From: Eledone cirrhosa
Taxonomy: Eukaryota
Assembly (NCBI GenBank): GCA_964016885.1
Contig: OZ024740.1
Location: 392,336,001-392,400,000, forward strand
Direction: 5' to 3'
DNA length: 64,000 bases
Position numbers and translations under genes: made by a program. Under the pieces are notes generated by a model that was not told where the DNA came from, did no database searches, and worked only from the letters and a program-made list of their open reading frames with translations. This document shows, in pieces, positions 52,877-64,000 of this stretch (its first letter is position 1; every line of letters starts with the position of its first letter).

Positions 52877-52956
52877 GCTATCTGAAGCGCTATATCTTTC
52901 CATTGGAAATTCTCTGAATTTCCATTCATTTGATTAGCGAAACCGTCGGTCATGGC
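52877..52956 (+). ncRNA. Type-I hammerhead variant (A9 to C)
   Basis: GCTAT-CTGAAGC-GCTA...TAGC-GAAA-CCGTCG-GTC^ATGGC. Confidence 0.62.
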
Positions 52957-53097
52957 ACTAGAAGAGGTAAATATTTAAATCGTATTTTAATTTATTTAAA
53001 AGATTGTTTAATGTTTACTTGTTCCGCTCATATATGTATATATATAAAATAAAATAAAATAAATAAGTCAAATGTTTAAAATTTGGCTTCGTTTATT

Positions 53098-53152
53098 ACT
53101 GCTATATATATTTCGGTGACAGCCATCTTTGGCTGTGACCTCTTCAGGCAGT
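53098..53152 (-). ncRNA. Type-I hammerhead ribozyme, mirror copy
   Basis: Exact reverse complement of 53385-53439. Confidence 0.85.
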
Positions 53153-53384
53153 CCGAATTATTGTGGTAGAGACGAGTACACATGTTGTTGAGGTGTTTAA
53201 CTTTGTCAATACTCTGATATGCCCAGTTCCTGGTTGGATTGTTATTTCACTGAGGAACTGGAATCATATATGATTCCAGTTCCTCAGTGAAATAACAATC
53301 AAACCAGGAACTGGGCATATCAGAGTATTGACAAAGTTAAACACCTCAACAACATGTGTACTCGTCTCTACCACAATAATTCGG

Positions 53385-53439
53385 ACTGCCTGAAGAGGTC
53401 ACAGCCAAAGATGGCTGTCACCGAAATATATATAGCAGT
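53385..53439 (+). ncRNA. Type-I hammerhead ribozyme, intact core
   Basis: ACTGC-CTGAAGA-GGT.ACAGCCA aaga TGGCTGT.ACC-GAAA-TATAT-ATA^GCAGT; predicted cleavage after 53434. Confidence 0.85.
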
Positions 53440-54111
53440 AATAAACGAAGCCAAATTTTAAACATTTGACTTATTTATTTTATTTTATTTTACATTACTC
53501 CGTAGTAACCAAACCAACCTGCGCACTTCGTTGAGTGCTCCAATCTGCATACTAAGGTGTTGGTATACAACCAATATATACTCAATATATATATATATAT
53601 ATATTTCTATATAGTCTCCCGGAGTTTTTAACTGTTGGTCAATCAATGATAAACATTGATTGCCAGCTAAATTAACTATAGGGATATAAAATAAACGGAA
53701 GCAAAAACCAACCCAAACCAAACAGTGAGTGTGTTTTATTATATATTTCTGGCAATATTATAACAACATGACCCTCCCCAAATATAACAATATTTGTTTC
53801 AACACACGATTTCATATCAAAAACCTTGCAAAACAAATATATATGTACTAGCTGAATAATAATAATTCAACTATAACAATTATATAAAAATATAACAATT
53901 ATGTAAAATATATTTATTTAATATTGATTGTTTTTTGTAGTAATTTATATTAAAAGTCTGAAAATATTTTTATACATCTTACAATAATATTTATAAGATC
54001 ATTTATAAAATAACAATTATATAATCTAATTACATTACAACGATAAGTTATTATTAATATATATCATGTTTAACTAGAGTTATTAGAAGCGTTGCCTTAA
54101 AAAAATATTAA

Positions 54112-54587
54112 ACTAGACCTGAAAAATGCGCAAGCTCAAAAGAGCCACAGAATGTTATAATTGTTTCTACTTTTGGCACAAGGCCAGCAATTACCCCAGT
54201 GTTTTACTGCTACTTTATTTTATCGACTCCGTAAGGTTGAAAAGCAAAGTTAACCTCGGCGGGATTTGAACTCAGACCATAAAGGGCCATAACTCTTTGC
54301 TGAAAGGCATGGCTACCGATACTGCCAATCCATAATATAGAATTCGAGTTAAGTGCATTTCGTATTAATCATTACTAAACATCTAATATGAGATATTGAA
54401 CATTAGCTTAAATAATTATCGTGTCGTCTTTAGTTCGTTATGAGTCTCTTTTTTTATAAAAGGATGCCACAGAGTATACGATAGATAATGATTACAATAT
54501 TTTTGAGCAACAACTCTAGATCCACACTTTTGAAGGTTTATTATAACATTGTGTGGCTTTTTTGAGCTTGCGCATTTTTCAGGTCTA

Positions 54588-54589
<2 letters not shown>
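54112..54589. mobile_element. MITE with 49-bp TIRs and nested SINE A (54159-54331)
   Basis: ACTAGACCTGAAAAATGCGCAAGCTCAAAAGAGCCACAGAATGTTATAA (54112-54160) vs its inverse at 54541-54589. Confidence 0.8.
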
Positions 54590-54632
<43 letters not shown>

Positions 54633-54683
54633 ATTCTTTGTCTCTCTGTTTGTCTTTTCCTTATGCATTCTCAAACGGGTCGA

Positions 54684-54747
<64 letters not shown>

Positions 54748-54877
54748 CTTCTGCAGGACGAGAACTGTTTCATTCGTATGAAATCATCTGGAATGACATA
54801 TAACTTCTGTATTTACAGATGTCTTTGGGGTAGATAATAAATGGCTTATTATCTAACTCAGAGAAGGAAAGAAACAA

Positions 54878-54946
<69 letters not shown>

Positions 54947-55544
54947 GGGAGAGAGAGAGGGAGTATGTACTCGGTTACATTGTTTCATATGTTTCTAAAC
55001 CGCATATCGGTTTATGTGTCTGTCTGTGTGTCTGTGTGTCTGTGTGTATGAATTAATGTGAATGAATTTCTGGCTATTGTTACAAAAATATATAAAAATA
55101 TATTTCTGCAGATACGTACACACGCAGACACATATATATTGGTAGAAGCTGTTTTTCTATATGATATATGCCATTGAATATTTCTGGCAATAAATAGAAT
55201 ATTGGAGGGACCCCAAATTTAATTTATATCTATTTAACTAGTTCCTTGCTACCATACGGTGAAACGAATTTCTACTTTATGTTATTTTGTCTCTTTGCCA
55301 ATTATTAATTACATTGAAACTTTATTGTGTAGCTCCGATATTTATAAAATACACTAACACATCTCATATGTATTTAGAAATTGGAATTATGTTAGCAATA
55401 GCATATTGAGTTCTAACATAAGCAAAAGGATAGGCATTTTGGAAAGAGGGTACAGTGGAATCGATAGACTATAGTACTATTTTTAATGGTTTGGTTTGGA
55501 GGAAGAGCAGGCAGTAAACCACCTTCAAGCAGTAAGGTTTACAG

Positions 55545-55835
55545 TATAATCCCGTAACTGCTGATAGAGTTGTAGGGGCGCTGTATTGACATACGGCATT
55601 TCTTGGGCATCTTAAGCCTGGCGGAGTCTATCCTTCTCCAGGCCTGAATACAGCAGATTTCTTCCAGAGAGAGGAAGAATCGACCGCAATACTAGACTGG
55701 TACTTTTTTTCATCGATCTCGAAAGGATGAAAAGCAAAATTGATCTCGGCAGGATTTGAAGTCAGATTGATGAGAGCCGGAAGAATACCATAAAGCATTC
55801 TATCCGTCGTTTTAATGACTGCAAATTCGCCGCCA
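55545..55835 (-). mobile_element. SINE family C (A-type head and core, different tail)
   Basis: Reverse-complement homolog of 56566-56889. Confidence 0.7.
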
Positions 55836-56565
55836 TAGTTTACTGTAATAACTGTAAAAGCGCCGGAGTGGTAAAGAGTTAATAGTTTGGGTAAGCAGCT
55901 TCACACTAATTAGTCGGTTGTTTATTTTTTAGGATGCGGTTTATTAATTGTTGAGAGCTAAAGTATTTTCTGGTCCTGAAATAGCAGGCCAGTTTTAGAG
56001 ATGAAGTGTTTGTTATGTTGAGGATATGAGATCATTAGTGATGGTAAAACCTAGGACTTTTCACGATTTTAAGGGTTTTATTGACACGTTTTTCACCCTT
56101 AAAAAGTGCAGGTGGAATACGGTATTGTTTTCGTTATATTTATAGTCTCTATATGACTTTAGGCTGCTGAAGGCAACAAGAGACATGAGATCTTTAAAAG
56201 ATGCTTACGCGGTTACTGTTCATAGAATCAATGCATATTTGGCGTGAGGTGTCAAGGTTGCATGTAGATGATGCTTGCGTGAAGAAGGTAGTATCATCTT
56301 CATAGACTTAGACTTTGTTTCAAGTGTCAACTAATAGTTCTTTCATGTATAGGTGGAAGAGTGTGGGAAATATAACTGAACCTTGTGGCACAGTAGCGTT
56401 GATAGAGTGTGGGAAAGAAAGAGTTACTTCAGCACATGGTGTATTGGTGCGATATGACATGAAACCTTTAATCCAAGAAATAACATACGAATGGAACATA
56501 TAGGCAAGACGTTTAGGCATGATAGGCACGGTTGAATGCTTTTCTAATGTCTAGTGCAACAATAT

Positions 56566-56889
56566 AGGAGGCGAATTGGCAGAGTCGTTAGAACGTCGGA
56601 TAATGCTTTATGGTATTCGGGCTCTCAAATCCCATCGAGGTCAACTTTGCCTTTCATCCTTTCGAGGTCGATAAAAAAGTACCAGTCTAGTACTGGGATC
56701 GATTCTTCTTCTATATCTCTTTCTCATTTCCTCTCTCTCACTTTCTATCTTTCTATGGAGGAAATCTGCTGTACTCAAGCCTGGAGCGGGATGGGCTCCA
56801 CCAGGCTTAAAATGCCCAAGAAACGCCGTATGTCAATATGGCGGCCTTACGACTCTATCAGGAGTTACGGGACCATATCACCACACCAA
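56566..56889 (+). mobile_element. SINE family C with 14-bp TSD
   Basis: TSD TAGTGCAACAATAT at 56552-56565 and 56890-56903; tRNA-like head, GCCTTTCATCCTTTCGAGGTCGATAAA core, novel tail. Confidence 0.8.
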
Positions 56890-56914
56890 TAGTGCAACAA
56901 TATTATATGCGCTT

Positions 56915-57342
56915 TCTCCAGCCGCAACCTGGTGCAGTCTGCGACTAACCCAGGTTCTGCTCTTCAAATACCGGTTGCTCTCCGACAGGTTTGCGGTCCT
57001 ACCCTTGGCAGTGGAGACTTCTGGTGTCCTCGGCCCTAGGGATACCTCCCTACCCACCCCATAGGCGCTGAACTTGCCAGCCGCAGGTGTGAGCCTCGCA
57101 AGTTGGAATGGCTCTTCCAGCGCGTCTCACTTGCCGTCCTCCAGGGAAACTCCTTCTCCATTCTGTCCACCAGGGCTGTGGGGAGGCCACCAATATGATT
57201 GACTGACTTGTCATTTTATCAGTCAACTGTTGATGTCGTTAACAAATTAACGTATCTTCAAACAGTTATACAATTATATATATATCTAACATAACTAGTT
57301 AACATGTATTTGTGATAGATGACCCAAAAACCCCCAATAAAC
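56915..57342 (+). mobile_element. 5'-truncated CRE-like retrotransposon with 13-bp TSD
   Basis: Homologous to 44465-44770; ends AATAAAC; TSD ATTATATGCGCTT at 56902-56914 and 57343-57355. Confidence 0.82.
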
Positions 57343-58196
57343 ATTATATGCGCTTAATTTCGTGAGGGCGAGTGCCTTTGGTGAATGGCATAGAAGAGCA
57401 GATCTTTAGTAGATCTGGCATTACTGAAGCTGCACTAATGGTCATTAAGGGGAAGATCCAACGTATTGAAGAATGCGCTTATTAATGTCTTTCTTTAGAA
57501 TAGGATATATTGTTGTGTGTTTCCAAAGATCGCGATAGATCCCTGGAGAGAGAGAGTGAGAGAGAGAGATTGAAGAGTTTGGCGAGGGTATGGTCTAGTT
57601 CTAGGGTGAATTGTTTGAAGGCAATGGAAGAGATATTGTCAGGGCTGGGATTCTAGATAGTTTGAAACGACCATCGTTCCTTTCGTAGTTGGTGTGTACG
57701 TGGTAGTGATACTGGTGGAGTAGAAAGGGACATTTTTGGAAGAGCTTTATTTAGTGTGTGCTGTGTGGAATTGTCTGCAATGAAGACAGACAATTTGGAG
57801 GCTTTCTCAGTGGCAGTACTGCTTACAGAATCATCATTGTCGAGAAATAAAGTGAAGGAAAATTGCAAAAGGTTGGCTGAGATGCTTTTGGAAAAGGATT
57901 TAAATGATGATCGACTGAAGATTGGGAGGTAGAAACCTTGTGGTCTGTGCATTGCACGAAGACGTCTTTACGTTTTAGATAATTGTCTTGCATGAGTAGA
58001 ATCCATCAAATTTGTCGGGAATGGTCGTTAATACTTACTCTATCAACCTCGGAAAGAAGAAAAGTATTGATTCGACTGGATTTGAATTCAGAACATAAAG
58101 TGGCGTAACGAACTACTGCATGGTATTTTGTCCACCGCTTTACCGACCTACCAATCCCAGCCCTTATATGGGTTGTAACCTAAACACAAGACCACA

Positions 58197-58294
<98 letters not shown>

Positions 58295-58408
58295 AGGAGG
58301 TGTGGTAAGGAACCAGATGGATCATAACGCACCAGAGTACTCAATACTTAGGGTTGTAGAGTGGTAGTAGAAACGGCTTGAGCTCTGTCGTCGGGGTCAA
58401 ACATTTTC

Positions 58409-58439
<31 letters not shown>

Positions 58440-59259
58440 AAGAAAGAGAGAGAGAAACTAAAAAGGAAGACTAAAACAGCTGTCTGCCAAGAGTGAAAAG
58501 TATTTTCCAATTGGCAAAAGAATTCTGAGTAAAAACTTCATTTAGGAAAATCTTCGATTGGGTAAGATAACGCACCAAAATGTCGTCTGCATGAATATGG
58601 CATGAATTTGGACGATCAAATTAATTATCCACATTTCCAAATGTCCTGTCTTAAGTCAATAGGGCTACCCTGTTAACTTCGGCTAGGGGTTCCCCCAACT
58701 CCCCATTCGATGGTATATGGAAGCGATATGTTATCTTTATCATTACATTTCCCTCAATATTTTCGTCGGATAATGGGAACACAACTGATTTGACTTTTTC
58801 TTGTACTGGTTAACCTCAAGTGGCTTCTGATCTACAACAAATGAAAGAACATTGTTGTTGTTGTTAGTGGTGCTCTTTGCTGGCGATGGTGGCATTATTT
58901 TTGATGTCTGTAGTGGTGGTGGTGGTAGTGATATTGTTGTCATTTTTTCTTCAGAGTGCTGCCCGAATTGATTTCGTGATGCACGCTTTTTTCGAGAATT
59001 TTACCGCATTGGCTGGATTTGGAGGGGGTGTAACCCCACGCCAATGTTTTTTTCACAAAATTTTATGGTACGATTTCAAATTTAAAGTTCATATATTAAA
59101 GTTCATATATTTGGATCCAAGGCCCAAATATTATGGGGATTCCTTCTTCAGAGCAAAGACTAAAGCTTTATGTCCCCTTTGTAACAAAATCTTTAAACAA
59201 AATACCGAAACAAAACCTATGGAGCGAAAAAAGGCGCGGTTCAGAGACACATAATGATA

Positions 59260-59839
59260 ATGGTTTCTTATATAGGCACAAGGCCATCAATTTTGGGGGA
59301 GAGCAAAGTCGATTAAATCAATCCCATTGCGTTACTGGTACTTTATTTTATCGACCCTGTAAGGGTGAAAGGTAAAGCTAAATTCGGTGGGATTTGAACT
59401 CAGAACGTAAAGAGCCGTAATTAAGAATAATTGTTTCTACTTTAAGCACAGCAAATTGGTGGAGAGGAAAGTTGATTAAATCGACTCAGTTCATTACTGG
59501 TACTTTATTTTATATGAAAGGCAAAGTCAACCTCAGCGGGATTTGAACTCAGAACGTAAAGCACTGTCACAATATGCTGCAATGCAGGGTGTTCGACACT
59601 ACCGATCCACCGCTCTTATAATAATGGTTTCTACTATAGGCACAAGGCCAGTAATTTGGGGGGAGGGGAAAGTCGATTAAATCGACCCCAGCGCGTGACT
59701 GGTACTTTATTTTATCGACCCCATAAGGATGAAAGGCAAAGTTAATCTTGGTGGTATTTGAACTCAGACCGTAAAGGGCCGTAAATCTATGCTGCAAAGC
59801 ATGGTGTGTGACGCTCTACCGATACTGCCAATCCACCGC
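59260..59839 (-). mobile_element. Three tandem SINE A-like copies
   Basis: ACTGGTACTTTATTTTAT...GGATTTGAACTCAGA units start at about 59260, 59428 and 59625. Confidence 0.8.
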
Positions 59840-60804
59840 CCTATCACCGCTCTTATAATAATAATAAATCTACATAAAAAATGTAGAATATTAAAATAAA
59901 TATATGAACGAGTTGAATATGACGAAGAAGAAAGGGAAAGAAGATGGAAGAAGGATAAGAATATGTAAGTAAAAGTAGCAAAAGACGCAAATAAAAAAAA
60001 AAGAACAAAGCTTAAAGAAGGAGAAGAAAAAAAAGAATGTCGAACATATGAATAAAGGTATGGAGTAGAAGAAAGATGGACTATGTCGACGGAAAGAGGA
60101 ATAAGGAAAGAGAAAGAAAAGAAAGAATACTTATAGTCTGCTTTAGATCATTAGCGTCTGTACAAGTGTCGATTTTCTCTGAGACGACAAAATGTTGCCA
60201 AGCTATTGGGGCACGGAGCCAAATATTAGATTTGAAATTATCCATTTGAAACGATGAAAACCTTGAAATACCATATTTTATGTTCAATATTGCTCGGAAA
60301 TTGCTTTGAAATAAATAAGAAATTATTTTCTAGTTGTGATTAAACGTTATAGAAAAGAAATGGCTGGGTTGATAGGTAATTGTATTACTACTCGTGTGTC
60401 ACAAGTTCAAATATGCTGCTGGCATTCTGTTTTTGAGTTGCTCTCAGATTGCTTTCATTTCATCTAGATTGTAACAGGTAGCAGATCTTTATCTTGGGAT
60501 CTGATTAACGTTCTATCTGGGAAGAGATTACGATTTCATGAGCCTCAATGAAACCAAAAACAAGTATCAGTTGTCAAGGTATTACACAGTAAAGACTTTA
60601 ATTGAAAAAAAAAAGCTTTGGAGATATTTTTGGTAAATGTTTTTTGGGTATTTTAAAAACAACCTTTTTAGGAGGAAGGTATTCACAAGTTTTTTTAAGG
60701 GTATCCAAAACTGCTGGGAAGGAGGAAGATATCACCAAACCGGAGATTTTATCAGAATGTTTGCGACAGAGTTGGTTCTGCTTAAAGTACCCTAGGGCCA
60801 AATG

Positions 60805-60998
60805 CAGACCTGTCAAATCTCCCCGCCTGCCGGGGTGATCTCCCTCTCATTTTGGGGGTAGATGAGAGATGTCTTCTCTTGTGAAAATGGGTATAGCTTT
60901 CATTATGTAAAATCTTCCTATATTGCCTCATTTCTCCACGTTTGGGGCACTTGTTTTCATGGTACTCTCCGTTTGGGTGTTTAGAGGTAGGCAGGTCT
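60805..60998. mobile_element. About 194-bp MITE (CAGACCTGYCAAC TIR)
   Basis: Other copies at 62405-62598, 62931-63027, 63235-63428 and 42480-42558. Confidence 0.8.
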
Positions 60999-61313
60999 GA
61001 AAATGGGCATGCCACACAGAGGGACAGGTAATGACTACCACCCACGTAGGCCACGACATGATTTATACTCACAACACAAATTACTTTATTTTATTGACCC
61101 CGGAAAGATGAAAAGCAAAGTTGGCCTTGCTGGGTCTAAATTCAAAACCTAAAGAGCCGCATTAAAAAACAAAAAATTCAAAAACGTCGTTCTGGCGTCT
61201 TACACTAAGTCTTATCTCTTTCACCTAGAACCTTCTCTAACAGAGGAACCGGACAATACACGTACCTCGTGCTGACTGGATCAAACGAGCTAACCATTAC
61301 ATTCACGGCTCAT

Positions 61314-61348
<35 letters not shown>

Positions 61349-62025
61349 TAAAAAGAATAAAGAGAAGTAAAAGATGACAAAAACAAAGAAGCCGATGAAA
61401 AGATAAGGCTTACTAATTAATAGTCAGCGGTTTGTTACATCACTAATTACCATCAAGTGTTATTTTGTGGAAAAATACCGGAAGAAGTTTGAAGTAAAAA
61501 AACAAACAAACGAACAAAAGAAAAAAATAGCGATCGACAGTTAATTAAAGATAATAATGAGTTTAGAGAAGTTAATGTAGTGGAAAAGACAAAATGTTAT
61601 AAAATATACAGAAAATATCGAAAATTATCATGCTGAGCGTAGTAGAGCAAGTGGTAAGCTTTCAACGATCTTGAACACATATATACACAAAAATATTCGC
61701 AACACACACACACATGTATGTATGTATGTGTATATATATGTTTGTGTATATATATATATATATGTATGTGTGTATATATATATGTGTGTCTATGTATGTA
61801 TATATATATATGTATATATGTATGTGTATATATATATGTGTGTCTATGTATATATATATATGTATATATGTATATGTGCGTGTATATATATATTTATATA
61901 TATATATGTGTGTGTGTGTGTGTATGTGAGTGTATATATATACATATATATATATATTTCAGAAGATCCCGTTAAGGGTGAAAGCAGCGATTCTTTGCTT
62001 AAACTTTAATCTGTTATTTTAATAA

Positions 62026-62057
<32 letters not shown>

Positions 62058-62404
62058 TGTATTAGTAAGGCATAATTGTCAAAAGATATAACACTATAAT
62101 TTGAATCTAACGTTTAAGTATTTCAAAATACTTCTCAAGATATAAAGTTAATTGCTGTTAAAAGAGGCGTCCGACCGAAGTTCCCTATGTGTGTTTTCAC
62201 ATCTGCTTAAGTAGAACTGTTATTGTTTAGCTTTGGATCGAATTTCTTTATAAAATATTTATCCTTTTCTTGTCAGTACTTTGGATCATTCCTTGAACAT
62301 TTATAAAACAGGAATATTTTGAATTTGTTATTCCTGCATACTTCTAATTGTTCATTCAATGAAATTTTTCTTGGTTCTAGCTTTTGTATCTGTTATTTGC
62401 AAAA

Positions 62405-63428
62405 TAGACCTGTCAACCCTCCCCGTCCGACGGGGAGATCTCCCACCCACTTTGCGGTGGGTGAGAGATGTCTTCTCTTGTGAAAATGGGTATAGCTTTC
62501 ATTATGTGAAATCTCCCCATTTTGCCTCATTTCTCCCCGTTTGGGGCACTTTTTTTCATGGTACTCCTCATTTGGGTTTTTAGAGGTTGGCAGGTCTGCA
62601 AAAAGCGTACAGGACTGACTGATATAATGCTCTTTACAGCCATGGCAGACGTTTTGTTTTGCTTTTCAATTCTGCATTTATTTTTATGGATTGTCTATTT
62701 AAATCTTTTTATTGCGGCATCAGTTTTCTAATAGGCATAATCAAAGAACCTCAAAAAGGTTTAACAATGGCAAAATTTACCCCAGAAAATAATTCTACAT
62801 TTTCCCAGACCTGTCAACTTATTTTGTCTTTTTCCTGAGATTAAAACATATTCTTAATGTTTTAAAACAGTTAAAGATGTCTATATCAGTTATATTTCTT
62901 CCTAACCTCCATGTTGTCTTGTAATACACACAGACCTGCCAACCTCTAAAAACCCAAACGGGGAGTACCATGAAAAAAAGTGCCCCAAAACGGGGAGAAA
63001 TGAGGCAAAATGGGGAGATTTTACATAATTGTTTCTACTTTTGGCACAAGGCCAGCAATTACCCAGTGCATTACTGGTATTTTATTTTATCGACCCCGTA
63101 AGGATGAAAGGCAAAGTTAACCTCGGCGTGATTTGAACTCAGAATGGCAAGGACCGTAACTCTATGCGTCAAAGCATGGCGTCCGACCCTCTACCGATAT
63201 AGTTTGTCTCAGCAACAAAGAGAACTACAACGGTCAAACTGTCAACTGTCCCCGTCCGATGAGGAGATCTCCCTGTTTGACTCATTTCTTCATGTCTCCC
63301 CGTTTTTGTGAAAATGTGTATAGCTTTCATTATGTAAAGTCTTCCCATTTTGCCCCATCTCTCCCCATTTTGGGACACTTTTATTCATGGAACCCCCCCG
63401 TTTGGGTTTGTAGAGGTTGGCAGGTCTG
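62405..63428. mobile_element. Cluster of the same MITE (3 copies) with SINE A at 63027-63200
   Basis: AGACCTGTCAAC...GTTGGCAGGTCTG termini and shared internal GTGAAAATGKGTATAGCTTTCATTATGT. Confidence 0.78.
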
Positions 63429-63899
63429 GATTGGTAACCCCTTATGTAAACAAGTCAGAATTCACACACAACAGATACAAAAATCAGAACTAAAGAAAAT
63501 CCTACTGAGTGAAGATTTAGAAATTTGCGGGAACAACAAATTCAAAATATTCCCTATTGAAGGGATTCGAAATACCGACAAAAGATGTGAGAATAGACAG
63601 AAAAATTTTGGTTGGACTATGTTTTATTATCATATCAAGTAGCGAACATGCCTGTACAAACACATAGACAAAGCATGAAAACACACACACATACGTAAAC
63701 CCAAATACACACACATATCTAATACAGAACACATACGCAAAATAGACACATTAATTTCAAACATCCAGAAAAAATATGAAAATGTAGCTGGAATCAGTAG
63801 GATTTGAGCTTCCAAAAGAATATTTTATTTAACTCGGCATCTTACTGACTTCATCATACTCTCGCCCTCATGTTTAATAAATTTTAGTTTTTGTTGACT

Positions 63900-63959
63900 A
63901 AGTACTAAAGCCCTATGTTAAGTACTAAAGCCCTATGTTAAGTACTAAAGCCCTATGTT
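63900..63959. repeat. 20-bp tandem repeat x3
   Basis: AAGTACTAAAGCCCTATGTT three times, no spacers. Confidence 0.9.
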
Positions 63960-64000
63960 TGGGTTTTTAGAGGTTGGGTTGATAGTGTCGGATCTTTACT

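Larger units (their letters stand above)
53045..53835 (+). mobile_element. Penelope-like element: 448-bp palindrome (53045-53492) plus 3' tail
   Basis: Centre 53268/53269, no spacer, one mismatch seen (53236/53301); tail 53715-53835 resembles 46655-46771. Confidence 0.8.
55900..57900 (-). mobile_element. Old CR1/Crack-like LINE RT remnant interrupted by two insertions
   Basis: SPDNISS, VALDIRKAFNR, VPQGSVIFPTLFHLYMKEL, YEDDTT. Confidence 0.7.

Noticed and set aside
61958-61995. CAGAAGA-TCCC..GGGT-GAAA hammerhead-like motif
   Set aside because: No stem I and no valid cleavage triplet.
61671-62009. YI/VC/RE-repeat ORFs (also 43455-43691, 54549-55056, 24699-25020)
   Set aside because: Translations of dinucleotide microsatellites.
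63900-63959. 20-bp repeats resembling CRISPR or telomeric repeats
   Set aside because: No spacers, only three copies, eukaryotic context; a simple minisatellite.

Overview
Eukaryotic (animal), AT-rich, repeat-dense DNA. The SINE/RTE repeat complement and long (TA)n tracts suggest an octopodid cephalopod (inference). Two spliced host genes sit head-to-head with start codons about 690 bp apart: a 2-exon SMIM13-like membrane microprotein (minus strand, 68 aa; 4290-4371 + 89-213) and a 7-exon proteasome beta-5 gene PSMB5 (plus strand, 5060-21092, 282 aa). PSMB5 intron 5 holds a three-level nested insertion (old RTE LINE > Buster-type hAT with TIRs and 8-bp TSD > younger near-intact RTE LINE). Most of the rest is mobile DNA: tRNA-derived SINEs with interchangeable tails, RTE, Tx1/L1, CRE and CR1-like LINE pieces, mariner/hAT MITEs and a Helitron. 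The most striking signal is a cluster at about 45.5-53.9 kb of several unrelated Penelope-like elements, mostly bordered by (TA)n. Most form long inverted repeats (one is a 448-bp almost perfect palindrome), two retain GIY-YIG endonuclease remnants, and all carry type-I hammerhead-ribozyme motifs with palindromic stem III. Further decayed hammerheads occur at about 0.8, 10.6 and 41.6 kb. All calls were made by eye; coordinates of decayed repeats are approximate.
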